A stretch of DNA of 64,000 bases from Lama guanicoe (GCA_013239625.1 MU053994.1:2733589-2797588); one strand, 5' to 3'; shown: positions 22,801-36,679, numbered from the stretch's first letter. Program-made: numbers and translations. The notes: a model not told the origin generated them from the letters alone.

Positions 22801-25800
22801 AATTATTGTTAATAAATTTATGATTCTAACATAAATAAAATTATACAATAAACTAATCCATTATAAGGTGTTGGTCAATGACATCCTTAAGTCATTAAGT
22901 CTCCCAGGGGTATTTCCATTTCTTAAAGGGACTCATTATATAAAGTATAAAAACAGCCTGCAGTAACCTATACTGTCACAAGTTAGGTAGTGGTTAACTT
23001 TGCAGGTGAGGCTAGTGATCAGAGGAGGCATGAGGGGACGTCTAAGGGGTGTTGGTTATGTTCTGTTTCTTGACTGAGTTCTGTTTACATAGGTGTATTG
23101 TTAGTGAAAATTCATTGGCTTGTATGTGTAAGATATGTGCCCTTTGCTGTATGTTACGCTTTAATAACAAGTTTTTAAAACCTGAGGACTTGTGTTTCCA
23201 AGAAGATAGAATAGACATATTTTTTCTTCTTCTTCCCACTAAGTACAACTAAAAACTCTAGGCATTGCATATGCAATGAATATAAGAAGACTCTGAAAGC
23301 GGAGAAAGAAAAAAGATCTGCTAAGGGCCTCAGTATCCAAGGAACAACATGGTAGTTGAGTTCTCCGGATTTTCTTTTTGACTCATATATCCCAGATTTG
23401 TAGCTGAAGATACTTGCACCCAGAAATTCAAACAAGTGCAGATCAAAAAAGTCCCCATAACCCTGTTCTTTCTAGCCAAAGGTCCAGGAAAGGAACCATA
23501 TGGGAAGAGAAAACTTTTAGACAGTAACTGCTGTACTCCAGCTAAACACCACAGAAGAAACTGTGGCCCCACCCCTATTCATGCCAGCAAAGGCCAAGTG
23601 AGGAGCCTCGACTTCCACCCTTGCCAGGCTGTGCTGTAACGAGCTATCTCACCCCACCCACCAGAGGGGCATCAGAGAAGGCCAAGTGTGGAGCCAGCTC
23701 TTTTGTCCCTGCTGGGTGGTAATGAGGAAACCACATGGTTTTTCCTCCTGTTCTTCCTGGAAACCTGTTCTTCCCCCCTGTGTCCTTTCTGCTAAGGTAA
23801 TATCAGAAGAAACCTAGTAGACAGTCAGGACTTTCACGACTGCTCAGCAACATTGAGGCCGCCTTCTCCCTGGTGTGTCAGTGGAGACCTAGTGGGGAGC
23901 CTGAACTCCCACCCCACCCAGAAGTAATGAGGGGCACCCCTCCAAAATGTGTCAACAGAGGCCAAGTAGACTTCTATGCTGACCTGGTAGTAACAGGGGG
24001 GAGACACCACACCTCTCCTGCTAGAGCTGTGTCAAACAAACAAACAAACAAACCCAGCTAAAACAGAAGGTTTAAATAAGATACAGAGTCATAACATAAT
24101 ACCCAAAGTATCCAGGTTTCAATCAAAACTCACTTTTGATACCAGGAATGGGTAACATCTCAAACTAAATGAAAAAAGATGCCATCACTGAGATGAAACA
24201 CATATTAAAATTATACGACAAAGATTTTAAAGCAGCCTTCACAATTCAATGAGCAGTTACAAACACATTTGACACAAATTTTTTAAAAAATTGAAAGTGT
24301 TAATAAAGAAATAGGAGACATAAAGAACCAAATGGAAATTTTAGATTGAAAAATACAATAACCAAAATTTAAAAACTCAGTGGATAAGCTCAACAGCAGA
24401 ATAAAAGAGACAGAGGAAAGAATCAGTGAACTGGAAGGAAGAACAATAGAAATTACCCAATCTCAACAACAAAGAGAAAGTAGATGGAAAAATAAATAAA
24501 TGAATAATAAATAGCCTCAGGGACATGTTAAGATTTTAACAAAAGATTTACTGTTGGTACCACTGAAGTCTCAAAAGGAGAGGAGAAAGAAGGCAGGGCT
24601 AAAAAAAAGTATTCAAAGAGATAATGGCTGAAAACATCCCATATTTGGCAAAAGATACAAGCCTAAGATTCAAGAAGCTGAGTGAATCCCAAATATGATA
24701 AACCAAAAGAAAGACAAATATAATGAAAACAAAAGACAATGAAAAATCTTGAAAGCAACAAGAGAAATGACACCATATGATGGGAGAAAAGCAATCTGAA
24801 CAATAGAAGATTTTTCATCAGGAAACAAAGCTAAAAGAAAGTAGCACAGTATCTTTCAAAGAAAATCACTGTCAATCCAGACTCATATTCAGTGAAAATA
24901 TTCTTCAGGAGTGAAGGAGAAATAAAGGCATTCTTGGATATAGGGAAACTAAGAATTTGTTTCTGGCAGACCTACCCTTAAGAATGACTAAAGGAATTTC
25001 ACTAAACAGAAAAAAATAATACAAGAAGGAACCTTGGAACATGAGGAAGGAAGAAAGAATATGGTAAACAAAAATATAGGCAAATACAACAGACTTTCCT
25101 TCTCCTCTTGGGTTTTATAAATTGTATTTGATAGTTGAAACAAACATTGTAACAGTATCTGATGTAGTTTAAAATGCCTGTAGAGGAAATATTCAAGACA
25201 ATTATATTATAAGTGGGGGAGGGTAAATAGATACAAAAAGAGGAGAGGTTTCTATATTTCACTCAAACTGGTAAAGTGATGACACAAGTAGAGTGTCATA
25301 AGTAATGTGTATATAATGTATTTCCTAGAGAAACCAATAAGAAAACAACATAGATACACTCAAAAGCACTATAGATAAATCAAAATGGATTTTTTAAAAT
25401 GTTCAAAGAACTCCCAGGAAGGCAGAAAAAACTAAAATAGAAAATTAAAAAGAGAGAGAACAAAGAGAAAACAAGAAATAAAACGGCAGATTTAATTATA
25501 CTAAATGTAAGTGGTCTAAATATACCAAACACGAGACAAATTGGCAGAGTAGCTTAAAAACCATGACTCAACTATATGCTGCCTATGAGAAATTCATTTC
25601 ATATATAATGATAAAGGCAGATTGAAAGTAAAATGATGGGAAATATATATATATAATGCAAACATTAATCAAAATAAAGTAGGAGTCATTATGTGAATTA
25701 AAACCTAATAGAACTAAAAGGTGAAACAGACAAATTCAAAACTGTGGTCTGAAATTTTAACACCCTCTCTCAACAAATGAAGGAACAACTAGAAGAAAAG

Positions 25801-26470
25801 TCATCAAGATACTGAAAAATTCAACAATACCTTCATCCAACAGAATCTAATCAACATTTATAGGACACTGAACACAACAGCAGGAGAATACACCTCAAGA
25901 ATCTAGAAAAAGAAGAGCAAAATAAACCTAAAGCAAGCAGAAGGAAGGAAATAATAAAGGTAAAAGCAGAAGTCAATGAAATTGAAAACAGTAAAACAGT
26001 AAAGAGAATCAAATAAATACAGAGCTGTCTCTTTGAAATCATCAATAAAATTGAAAAACCTCTAGCAAGACTGATAAAGAAAAAGAAAAGATACAAAATA
26101 CCAGTGAAACAGAGGATATCGCTGCAGACTCTGCAGACATAAAAAAGGGTGATAAAGGAATACCAGGAACGACTCTACACACGCGAACTTGACAAGTTAG
26201 AGGAAATATATCAATTACTCAAAACACACAAACTACAGCAACTCACACACCAAGGAACTAGAATAGTTAAAACAAAGTTTAAAGAATAAAGCAGGTGGAA
26301 TCACTCTACCCAATTTCAAGACTTATCATATGGCTACAATAATAAGGCCTGTGTGGTATTGGTGGAGGGATAGACACATGGACCAATGGAATAGAATACA
26401 GAACCCAGAAATAGACCCACACAAGAGTGGTGAAATTATTTTTGACAAGGTGCAAAAGCAATTAAATGGA

Positions 26471-26675
26471 ATACTGACAGGCATATGTAGAACAGATAAA
26501 CAAGATTACACTGTATAGCACAGGGAAATATACACAAGATCTTGTGGTAGCTCACAGAGAAACAAATGTGACAATGAATATATATATGTTCATGTATAAC
26601 TGAAAAATTGTGCTCTACACTGGAAATTGACATTACATTGTAAAATGACTATAACTCAATAAAAAATGTTTTTAA
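26471..26675 (+). mobile_element. Young L1 3' end nested in an older L1
   Basis: Same 3'UTR as 446-615. Perfect 17-bp TSD AAAAGCAATTAAATGGA (26454-26470, 26676-26692). Confidence 0.93.
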
Positions 26676-27121
26676 AAAAGCAATTAAATGGAGGAAATAG
26701 AGCCCTTTCAACAAATAGTGCTGGAGCAATTAGGCATCCACAGGCAAAAGATGAATGTCAACCTCCTTATATAAAATTAAATACAAAAAAAAAAAAGATG
26801 AACCTCGACTTCCTGATACAAAATTGCCCCAAAGGGTCACCAATGTAAATGTAATACATAAAACTATAAAACCTTTAGAAACAATATAGAAAAATTTCAG
26901 GACCTAGAGCTATAGGGCTAGACAGAGAGGTCTTAGACTTGATACCCAAAGCATAAGCAATAAAGGGAAACTTGACAAATTAGACCTCAACGAAGTGAAA
27001 AACTTTTGCTCCAGGAAAGATCCTCCTAAGAGAAAAAAAAAAGCAACAAACTAGGAAAAAATATTTGTAAATCACATATCCAGCAAAGGACCGGCATCTA
27101 AAATGTATAAAGAATTCTCAA

Positions 27122-27278
27122 GGGGCAGAGTATAGCTCAGGTGGTAGAGTGCATGCTTAGCATGCAGGAGGTCCTGGGTTCAATCTCCAGTACCTCTTCT
27201 AAAAATAAATAAACCTACTTACCTTCACCACCACCAAAATAAAATAAATTATACAATAGTAAATAAATTAAAAATTTT
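27122..27278 (+). mobile_element. tRNA-Ala-derived SINE (Vic-1-like, long form)
   Basis: GGGGCAGAGTATAGCTCAGGTGGTAGAGTGCATGCTTAGCATGC...GGTTCAATCTCC. TSD AAAGAATTCTCA / AAAAGATTCTCA; the host L1 resumes after it. Confidence 0.9.
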
Positions 27279-27432
27279 AAAAGATTCTCAAAACTCAACA
27301 GTTGAAAAGCAAAACAAAACAAATAATCTATTTAGAAAATAAAGATAGCTAGCTAGACAGAAAACATGAAGAGACATTTCACTGAAGAATATACAGATGG
27401 CAAATAAGCACACAGAAAGATGTAAAACATCC

Positions 27433-27794
27433 TTAGCCTTTAGGGAAATGCAAGCTCATCAGGATGGCTAAAATAAAAAATAGTGACAACATCAAATGCT
27501 GGCGAGGATGCAGAGAAACTAGATTACTCATACTTTACTGGGGGTTGGGGGAGGGACATGTAAAATAATACAGCCAGCCTGGAAAATAGTTTGGCAGTTT
27601 CTGAAAAACCTAAATTTAGCCTTTAGGGAAATGCGAACCCATCAGAATAGCTAAAATAAAAAATAGTGACATCATCAAATGCTAGCGAAGATACATAGAA
27701 ACTAGATCACTCATAGCTTGCTGCGGTGGAGAGGGGTGTAAAATGATATGATCACCCTTGAAAATAGTTTGGCAGTTTCCTAAAAATCTAAATA
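27433..27794 (+). repeat. ~182-bp diverged tandem duplication inside L1 ORF2
   Basis: TTAGCCTTTAGGGAAATGC...GAAAATAGTTTGGCAGTTTC occurs twice in tandem. Confidence 0.88.
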
Positions 27795-29719
27795 TACAGT
27801 TACCATATGGCCCAGCACCTGTACTCCTGGGCACTTATATGAGAGAAATGAAAACCTGTGTTCACACAAAAAACTGTACATAAATGTTTATAGCGGCTTT
27901 ATTCATAATAGCCTCAAACTGGAAACAAGCCAAATGTCCTTCAACAGGTGGCTGGTTAAACAAACTGTGGTACATCCATACCATGAAATACCACCAGTAA
28001 TAAAAAGGAATAAGCTATCAATACATGCAACAACCTGTATGGATCTCCAGAGAATTATGTCGAGTGAATAACGCTAATCTCAAAAGGCTACATATCGTAT
28101 GATTCCATTTATATAACTTCCTTGACAAAATCATACAAATGGAGAACAGATTCGTGGTTGCCAGGGGTCAAGGAGGGGTGGGATGGGAAGGAAGTGGGCG
28201 TGGCCATAAAAGGGCAGTATGAGTGATCTTTGTGATGACGCAGTGTTCTGTACCTTGACTGTATCGTTGTCAATATCCTGGTTGTAAAAGTGTGCTATAG
28301 TTTTGCCAGATGTTACCACTGGAGGAAACTTGACAAAGGATGCATAGAATCTCTGTATTATTTCTTATTACTACATTTATAATTATTTCAAAATAGTTTT
28401 GTAAAGAGCAGAAAGCCTGTAAGACTAAGAGGAAAAGCATCAAAATGGTGTAATTTCAGGCATGGTGGCAGGTCAGTAGAAGAGAGAGAGAGAGATGAGC
28501 CCTTTGCTATTTTCATTAAAGTCAACCCTAGTACCTAATACAGAGAGATACTAATATTTACATATGGATGACTTAAGGATGATTCCTCATATATTACCCT
28601 TTGTAAAATTTGGAGTCATCAATAAAAGCAAAGCAGAAGTTTGTGCTTGATGTTTATCTGGCATTCTTAGCCCAGGACATGAAAGACTTAAAAATCTTCC
28701 TTGGTGCCCTGTGTGTTTATTTAATTTAACATTAGTGATTTACATATTAAAAGATGAGCACATTTGGAATCTGCAACGAAGAGGAATTTGTTGCTGAAAA
28801 CATTTCAGTCCTATCTAGGTAAATATTCAAAATATCTAAATTTTATTAGAGAGAAAATACTCGTGGTCTCAGATGTGGTTTCAAAATAATGGTCCCCTGA
28901 TGACTCATAAAATATTTCTTTGGGAGGGAAAATACCGCCAGCATTACAAATAGGGTTGCAAAAACGAAAAAGACAAATTTTGTCAGGTCGAGAGGTTTTT
29001 TTCTGGGCTGGGTAACTCCTGTTGTGGTGCTCTGGTGGGAAGGTTGGTAGAGAAGTGGGAGCCAGAGGGGTGGGGATGGGCAGGAAAGACTCAAAGAGAG
29101 ACTCTTGGAAACAATGTCTCTTTTTGGTGAGCCTAAGATGTTTAGGAAATATGTCTAAAGATGAGAAGAAATTGTACTAATAATTTAGTCATTCAGATTC
29201 TAAAGAGGACTGTATGAGGACCAAAAGAAACAGGAGAAACACATTTTAAAGACATAACCATGAAGACAATAGCATTAATGTATTAGCGTGGACCACCTTC
29301 AAGATAGAGTATTCAGAGGAAGAAGACAGAGAGGAGGGGTGAGGAGGAGACTGGTGTGGTTAGTGGCCACGGGCTTAGCATTTGGCCCATGGTGTCTGCA
29401 GATTCTGAATCCTACCCTAGAAAGGCTGACCAACCTTCCTGGGTTGGCTGAGGCAGGAACACCTAATGCTGGAGGTAGGCAGCTGAGAGCCGCCTGCTAA
29501 AATGATTTGGTCTTTAAAAGAGTATGGCTATGCAGCCAGCAACCAGGAGACTGAGGCACAGTCAAAGCAAGGATCAAACAGGAGTGGCCTCGGCGCACAC
29601 AAGGACGGAGAGGGGGTGACATGGAGCCCTGAACCAGGGACAGCAGCCAGGTTAGCCGGAGCCAAAATTCAGGCTGAAGCCAATAGCTGAGTAAAGCTGG
29701 GCTGAGAAACAAAGGAAGG

Positions 29720-30256
29720 AGTGGTAGGCAAAATTCTAAGATGGCCCCCAAAAGTCCTGCCCATGCTCTGTATCATCCCCTTCCCTTGAGTATGGGCAGG
29801 ATCTGTGAATATGGTGGGATAGTCATTCCACTGAATCGGTTATATTATACAAGATTCTGCCATAGCAGACTAGGAGATTCTCCTGCTGGCTTTGCAGATG
29901 TAGCTGCCATGTTATGGGAAGGCCACATGGTGAGGACCCGAGGGCACTCTGTAGATGTTGAGAGAGATGCCCCTGCCAACAGCCAGCAAGACAGTAGGGA
30001 TCTCAATACTACAACTTTAAGAAAATGAATTCTGCCAACAACCTACATGAATTTTGAAGAGGACTCTGAGCCTCAGACAAGACCACAGCCTCATCCAGCT
30101 GACACCTTGATTTCAGCCTGGTGAGACTCTGAGCAGGGGACCCAGCTCACCTATGCCAGGACTCCTCACCCATGAAATGGTGAGTAGTAAATTCACATTG
30201 TTTTAAGCCACTGAGTTTGTGGTAATTTGTTACTACAGCCACAGAACACTAATATA
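29720..30256 (+). mobile_element. MLT1E/F-like MaLR LTR
   Basis: TGGTAGGCAAAATTCTAAGATGGCCCCC ... GAATTCTGCCAACAACC ... TTGTTTTAAGCCACTGAGTTTGTGGTAATTTGTTAC. Confidence 0.85.
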
Positions 30257-30364
30257 GAAGGTCTGGCTTAGATTCAGACATGTTGCGATCAAAGAGGGTT
30301 GGTGACAGTGCCCAGCTGGGTAGATGGATCCCACAGGGCACTAACTTCAACTGAGGCAACCACA

Positions 30365-30728
30365 GAGGAAAAAGACAAATATCATATGATATCACTTACA
30401 TGCGGAATCTAAAATATAACACAAATGAACTTATTTACAAAATAGACTCACAGACATAGAAAGCAAATTTATAGTTACCAAAGGGGGAAAGGGATAGGGG
30501 AGGGATAAATTAGGAGTCTAGGATTAGCAGATATAAATTACTGTATATAAAATAGATAAACAACAAGCTAGCACAGGGGACTATACTCAATATCCTGTAA
30601 TAAACCGTAATGGAAACGAATGTGGAAAAGAATACGGATATACGTGTAACTGAATCACTTTGCTGTACACCAGAAACTAACACAATATTGTAAGCCAACT
30701 ATATTTCAAGAAAATACATAAATAAAAT
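30365..30728 (+). mobile_element. L1 3' end
   Basis: AAAGACAAATATCATATGATATCACTTACATGCGGAATC...GAATCACTTTGCTGTACACCAGAAAC. Confidence 0.88.
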
Positions 30729-31654
30729 ATGGATCTCCAATATGTTTTTAAGGGGAAAAGCCGAAGAGAGCACACATCATGTTAAAAGGAGAATGAGGAG
30801 ATATATATACATATATATATATTTGCTCATACTTGCATTAAAAAAAAAAATCTCTAGAAGGCTACAGTGGCTGCCTAGTTCGGGAGGAAGGGGACCAGGC
30901 AGCCGGGGACAGGCTTTAGAGGGACATCTTTCACCGTGTATCTGGCTCTACTGTTCATTTCTGCACCATTTTGAACTATCAGCTATTGAAAATGTTAAAT
31001 GCATGTGTTTCAAAATTAAAACATTTTAAAAGAGGCTTTGGGGAACCACATAATCTTTATAGCATTAGTCGCCTCTCCCCCACGCCCCAACACACGCACC
31101 CAGTTTCCTTTGCTATATGGGACCAGGATGTCAGCATAGGAAGGAGACTCTTCCCCTGGGCCCAGGTTTGGATTTTGCAACCTGAACACTATCCTTTAAT
31201 AGAGGCACCTCCTCTTTCCTACTCCAGCTCCCCGGGGAGAATTTAAGTGCTGTTTTCCCAGAAGCCACCAAGGCTTTGCAGCTGCACCAGGGCCCCTGCT
31301 GAGATTCCCCAGGGACGTGAGAACCTGATGGTCCTGCTAACTACCAAACCCCAACCATCTGGAAAAACTTGAGTTCAAACAACCCAACCAGTCCTGTCCT
31401 GCAGATCTGTATCCAACTCAAGCGGCGCTGAGATTCAGCAGGGATGTTTCAGTGCTAATATCAGCACTAGCTGTTTACACCTAGAATCCATTCTGATGGT
31501 GAAGTACCTGTGGTCTACCAGTTGTTAAGTATTTTGGCAGTCACCTCTGTCTTCAGCTGCTTCTCATCTTCACTTCAATCACCCCTACTGCCTCCTCCCC
31601 ACTACCCTGGGCTTCCTCCCCTGATTCTGCCTGTTGCTGCTGATTACCTTCTGG

Positions 31655-32090
31655 CATCAGATGGGGGCCCAGCAAGGAACAGATGGCACACTTAAATTGG
31701 GTAATTTGAGAAGAGTTTAATAAAAGGTTATTTATGAAAGTGTGGGCAGCGTATAGGGAGATCACTGTGGATAGGGCAGTACCCTGGGGCAAGAGGAGGG
31801 ACCAGCAGTAGAGAGGGATGGGTAGAGAAGGCCCTGCCAAGAACTGAGGCTTGTGGTTGATTAGAGAAAGCAGCCAGCTCACTGTGACTCATCAGGGAGA
31901 GAGCCTGGGAAATTAAAAACGCCAACCTCACTCTCCTTCCTTCCTTCCATCACCTATAGGTATCCCATTTTCCAAGCCCAACAGAGGGCACAGTAGCCCA
32001 TTGATTCTATCCCCAGAGGTCAGCTTCCCAGACACGGCACAGCTGAAAAGGGTGGGAGAGTGGATCTGGAGGGACAAATGGCATCTATCT
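31655..32090 (-). mobile_element. ERVL LTR16-family solo LTR
   Basis: GGAACAGATGGCACAC...AATTTGAGAAGAGTTTAATAAA; same family as 6750-7216 but far more diverged than the 11 kb copy. Confidence 0.6.
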
Positions 32091-32109
32091 AGGACTCCTC
32101 CCAGAATAT

Positions 32110-33375
32110 TTTAGAAAAACTGTATCATGGAAAATCTTCAAACATTTTTTTTAAAAAGTAGAGGGAACAGTATAATGAACCCCACCTACCCATCATTCAG
32201 CTTCAACAATTATCAACTTGGAGCCAATTTCATGTTATCTCTAGCCCCACCCACTCTGTCCTCTTATTATTTTACAGTAAATGCCAGGCATATCATTTTA
32301 TCTGTCAATAATTCATATGCCTCTCTAAAAGATAAGGATTCTTTTTAAAACACAAATCCATTAGCTAAAATAATTAATATGCCTGAATATCCAATGTCAA
32401 ATTTCCAATTGTCCAATAAATATTGTACCTGGCTTTTTAAAAAACAATTGGTTTGCTTAAATCAAGATCCAAATGAGGGCCAATGCTTGCAATTGATCGG
32501 TATGTCTTTTGAGTCTCTTGTAAATCTATAGCCTCCCCCTCCATTACTTTTCTTTTTCTTGCAATTTATTTGTTGACAAAAACAAGACATTTGTCCTGTA
32601 GCATTTCCCAGTTTAGATTTTGGTGATTGTATTCTCACGGTCTAGTTTAAGATGCTCTTTCCTCTGTACTTCCTGTAAGTTTATAGTTGACTCTAGAGGC
32701 TTAATCAGATTCAGGTCCAATTTTTATTACTACTTCATAGATGGCGATGTATCCTTCCTTCTGGAAGCATAAAATGTCTGGTTGGCAATTTTTGTGATGT
32801 TAGTAGCTATGGTGATTGATACCTAGATTCATTAATTCATTAGAGATTATAAAATGATGATATTCAAATTTATTCCCTTTCTTCTGTTAGCAATTTTGCA
32901 TCTTGGTTTTTGGTTTTTTTCAACTCACAATACCTCACGGGACTCCCTCATGACACCTGGTATAGCCCTAAGGCATTGTTTTTAATGGCTGCGTCATTTT
33001 TGTGGTCTGGATGTACTATCATTTATTCAACCATTATTCTACTCACAGGCTTTTACTTGGCGTCTAGTTTGTTTTTTGTTTTTTGGGTTTTTTTGCAACT
33101 CTGAGCAATGCTGCAATAAAACATCCTTTTACATATGTCCTTACTTACTAGTACTTTCATTCCTATGGGATAGATTCCCAGGAGCGGGGTTGTTGGGGAA
33201 ATGAAATATTTTAATATTAACGGATGTTACCATATTGCTTTTAAAATGGCTGTAATAGTTCAATGTCCACCAGCAATGTACAAGAGTACTCTTTAATCCA
33301 CATTCCCACAAGCTATAGGTATTAAACCTTTTATAAATTTTTTTGCCAAATTACGGGTATAAAATAACGTCTCAT
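32110..33375 (-). mobile_element. Old L1 fragments (L1MC4/L1ME-like)
   Basis: GAGGGAACAGTATAATGAACCC..., GATAGATTCCCAGGAGCGGG, CCACCAGCAATGTACAAGAGT. Confidence 0.65.
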
Positions 33376-33379
33376 TGCT

Positions 33380-33595
33380 TGTGTCTGGAGCCAGACTGCT
33401 GGGTTTAAACTCCAGCTCTTAAATTCTGACTAGATGTGTAACTTGATCAAATTAACCTCTCAGGATCTGTCTCTCGATCTGTGAAACTGGGATGGTAATA
33501 ATAATACATGCCTTAACACGTTGTAAGAATTAAATAAGTTAACAGATATAAAGTGCTGAAGACAGTGTCTGGCTCATTGCAAGTGCTTATCATTA
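33380..33595 (+). mobile_element. MIR SINE
   Basis: CTGGAGCCAGACTGCTGGGTTTAAACTCCAGCTC...AAAGTGCTGAAGACAGTGTCTGGC. Confidence 0.8.
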
Positions 33596-34119
33596 TCTTT
33601 CTGTCTAGTTTAACTTCTCTCTTCCAGCCTAGAGCTTCATGGTATATCACATCAATTCCTTTATTGCCAGCACCCCAGCATCCTGAGCCCCCTGTTCTTT
33701 TACACTCCCACCATTGCAAAGTCCACTGTCCTCACCTCTTACATGGGCTCCAGATGCAGTCGTGCCAACAATGCCATTAGGAATGCCATTAGGCCCTCTT
33801 TTCTCAGATGGGTCCTAAGCACTATAATTAGAAATCTATGTGTCTCCTGGTCCATTTCCTCTCACTTCTCCAAAGCAGGTATTCTAAGTTGTCACCACGT
33901 TTTCTGATCCTCTACCCTACTAACCTTTTAGCAGATGACCTTGAATCCCTTACCTGTAACCTTATAGAGGTAGATTCGGCAGGCTGACTTGTTCAACACA
34001 CATTTCAGTGTGTTGAGCCTGGAAAGATTAAAGGCTCCTTTGCAGCCAGGGTTTTGGATGTGATTTGGGTTATGCCAATTAGAGGCACACATGCATCAGA
34101 TGATGGCATGGTATCATAG

Positions 34120-35700
34120 TGAAAAATCATTTTTTTCAAATTGTTTAAAATGCAGTGTTCTGACTACACAAACCCAGTGGAATATGCCTTAAGGACAAAG
34201 CACTCTAAAAAAAATCTTAAACTGCTTTCAGCAGTCTGAGCTAGTAACATTAATATTGCTATTTTCACACACATACAGAGGATAAGCCTAATTCATAATT
34301 ATGTTAATGTTGCCAGGAATCAAGATTTTCCACAAAAGAGAAGAGAGATGCTAGTATAAAACTAAATAAATTAAGTACAAGCCCTTTAATAATACATTCA
34401 AATTGGAAATATCAGTATAAACTCATGATTTAGTTTATTTTTTAAAAAATGGCATCTCTTAGCTTTGTACACTGAAAAGGCTTAGATGCAATAGTGCCTA
34501 AATAGGAGTGAGCACACTAGTACCAAAATGGTGGTCTCTAAATACCATTTTTGCCTAAAGGAAACAGGGCTCCTTAGAAAAAAATGGCTGGTTCCACTCA
34601 AAAGTTGGAAGTGTATAAAATGAGCAAAGAAGCTATCAGTGACTACTTGGGGCGGGGGGGTTATGTCAAAAGGACACAGAAACCAACTTAAAGGTGCACC
34701 CACTGGTTTAAGATGGAATAATTTAAGCATCAAACTGAGTAAGTATTGCAACTGATGGACAAACATCAACTTTTTTAAATTTATGAGCTCACAATGATAC
34801 TAAAAAATAAAGAAGGAAACAGAAAGCTCAGTTGTCATCATTGGAGGTTGCTAAAGCACCAATTCATTGTTCTGAAATTTTGTTTTTAAAGAGAGAAAAA
34901 AATCGAACACTTATCCTGCCTTTCCTGTATAGGAACTGAATTTCTAGGTAGCCAAATACTTGATGAAGAATATTTTTCTTTTTAGAAGAATTAGCTCATG
35001 TGCAGAATAATGATAAAATAAGAGTATCATCATTTTTCAGGTCCTAGTAAAATAACAGATCTTAGTGATGATCATGAATGGCTGCTAAAACCATCAGGGA
35101 AAAGATTGGTAGGAAACCTTACAACAGATGAGTCAGGCTAACACCACCCAATCCCACTAATCAATTTTAGCATCACTACAAGAGAGACGACACACATTAT
35201 CTACCACTTGATGTAATGTGATGGAAAGTACACGGCATCACCCATTAAATATTTTTGCTTATAAAAAACCCACTAATCTAATCAAGCTTATATAGCTAAC
35301 TACCAATTATCAGGAAACACAGGGAACAGAGAATGAGTTACATGATGCCCTGCAGAAGCAATCATCCAAATCTAGAATATAATACACCCTACAGGATAAA
35401 TGATCCCAGGTTTTCCAATAAATCAAGGGTATGGAGGAAAAGGAGGTGGGGCCATTATAGAATAAAAAATACTTAAGAGCTATAAGAACCAAATGCAACA
35501 TATGAAACTTGGTTGAATCCTGATGTGAACAAACCAGCTGGAAGTTATATCTCTGTGACAACTGGAGGACTTTGAATATAACCTGGGATGAGATGAAACT
35601 AAGGAATTATTGTTCACTTTCTAAGATGCAATAGTGGCAGAGTATTTATATTATTTTCAATGTCCTTATTAGGTAGAGCTGTTTACTGAAATTATATATA
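34120..35700 (+). mobile_element. L1MC3/4-like long 3'UTR
   Basis: AAATACCATTTTTGCCTAAAGGAAACAGGGCTCCTTAGAAAAAAATGGCTG and AAATGCAACATATGAAACTTG motifs. Confidence 0.65.
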
Positions 35701-35974
35701 TAATTTTATTATATATATATAATTTTAAAGTTTTCCATAATAAAAAGTTTTTACAAATAAATGTTCCTTAAAGACCAAGAAAGACCAAGAAATTATCACA
35801 GATTTGAGGAGACTAAGGAGACATAATGACTAAATGCAATGTGATATCCTAGATCAGATTTTGAAAGAGGAAAGGGGAAATCCAAATGTCTGTAGTTTAA
35901 TTAAAAGTATTGTACCAATAAAAAAAAAGTATTGTATCAATGTTAATTTCTTAGTTTTGATCAAAGTACCAAGG

Positions 35975-36336
35975 TTGTCTCAGTCCATTCAGGCTGTTAT
36001 AACAAAATGCCACAGATGGGTAGTTTACAAACAACAGAAATTTATTTCTCGCAGTTCTGGAGGCTGGAAATCAAAGATCAAGGTGCCACTATGGTCAGGT
36101 AAGGGCCCTCTTCCAGGTTTATACTAGGTGCCTTTTCACTGTGTCCTCACATGGTGGAAGGGAGTAGGGACCTTTCCGGAGCCTCTTTTATATGGCACTG
36201 ATAATCCCATTCATGAGAGTTCCACTGTCATGACTTAAGCACCTCCTAAAGTCCCTACCTCTAAATACCATCATCTTTGAGGATGAGGATTTCAACATAT
36301 AAATTCTGAGGGGACACAAACATTCATATCATAGCA
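35975..36336 (-). mobile_element. MLT1A/MST-like MaLR LTR
   Basis: TGTCTCAGTCCATTCAGGCTGTTATAACAAAATGCCACAGA ... GGGACACAAACATTCATATCATAGCA. Confidence 0.85.
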
Positions 36337-36496
36337 ATGGTTATGTAAGATGTTAACATTAGCGAAAACTGGGTAAAGACGATACAGAAATACTCTGTAC
36401 TATCTTTGCAACTCTTCCATAAATGTAAAATTATTTTAAAACAAAATGTTAAAAATAAATAAATATTCTTTAATCTCTACACATAACAACTTTCTT

Positions 36497-36656
36497 TCTT
36501 CAATTTAATCTTTTCTTTCTTTTGGGTTTTTTTTGGGGGGGGAGGGGAGGTAACTAGGTTTATTTATTTATTTTAAATGGAGGTGCTGGGGATTGAACCC
36601 AGGACCTCGTGCATGCTAAGCACACACTCTACCACTGAGCTCTACCTTCCCCCTCC
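36497..36656 (-). mobile_element. tRNA-Ala-derived SINE (Vic-1-like, long form)
   Basis: tRNA-like head, C-tract and tail. Perfect 17-bp TSD CACATAACAACTTTCTT (36480-36496, 36657-36673). Confidence 0.93.
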
Positions 36657-36679
36657 CACATAACAACTTTCTTAAAGTG

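Larger units (their letters stand above)
23185..28400 (+). mobile_element. Old L1 (L1MC/L1MD-like) with 5'UTR, ORF1 remnant, internally deleted ORF2 and 3'UTR
   Basis: 5' end homologous to the reverse complement of 56590-56685, decayed ORF1 at ~24200-25000, patchy ORF2 (VWYWWRDRHMDQWNRI), 3'UTR at 28000-28390. Confidence 0.85.

Noticed and set aside
27122..27198. Functional tRNA-Ala gene (also 1005-1078, 19825-19899, 36578-36652)
   Set aside because: Disrupted stems, AT-rich tails and TSDs identify these as SINEs.
6750..32090. LTR pairs delimiting a provirus
   Set aside because: The LTR16-like copies are highly diverged, in mixed orientation, and have no gag/pol between them.
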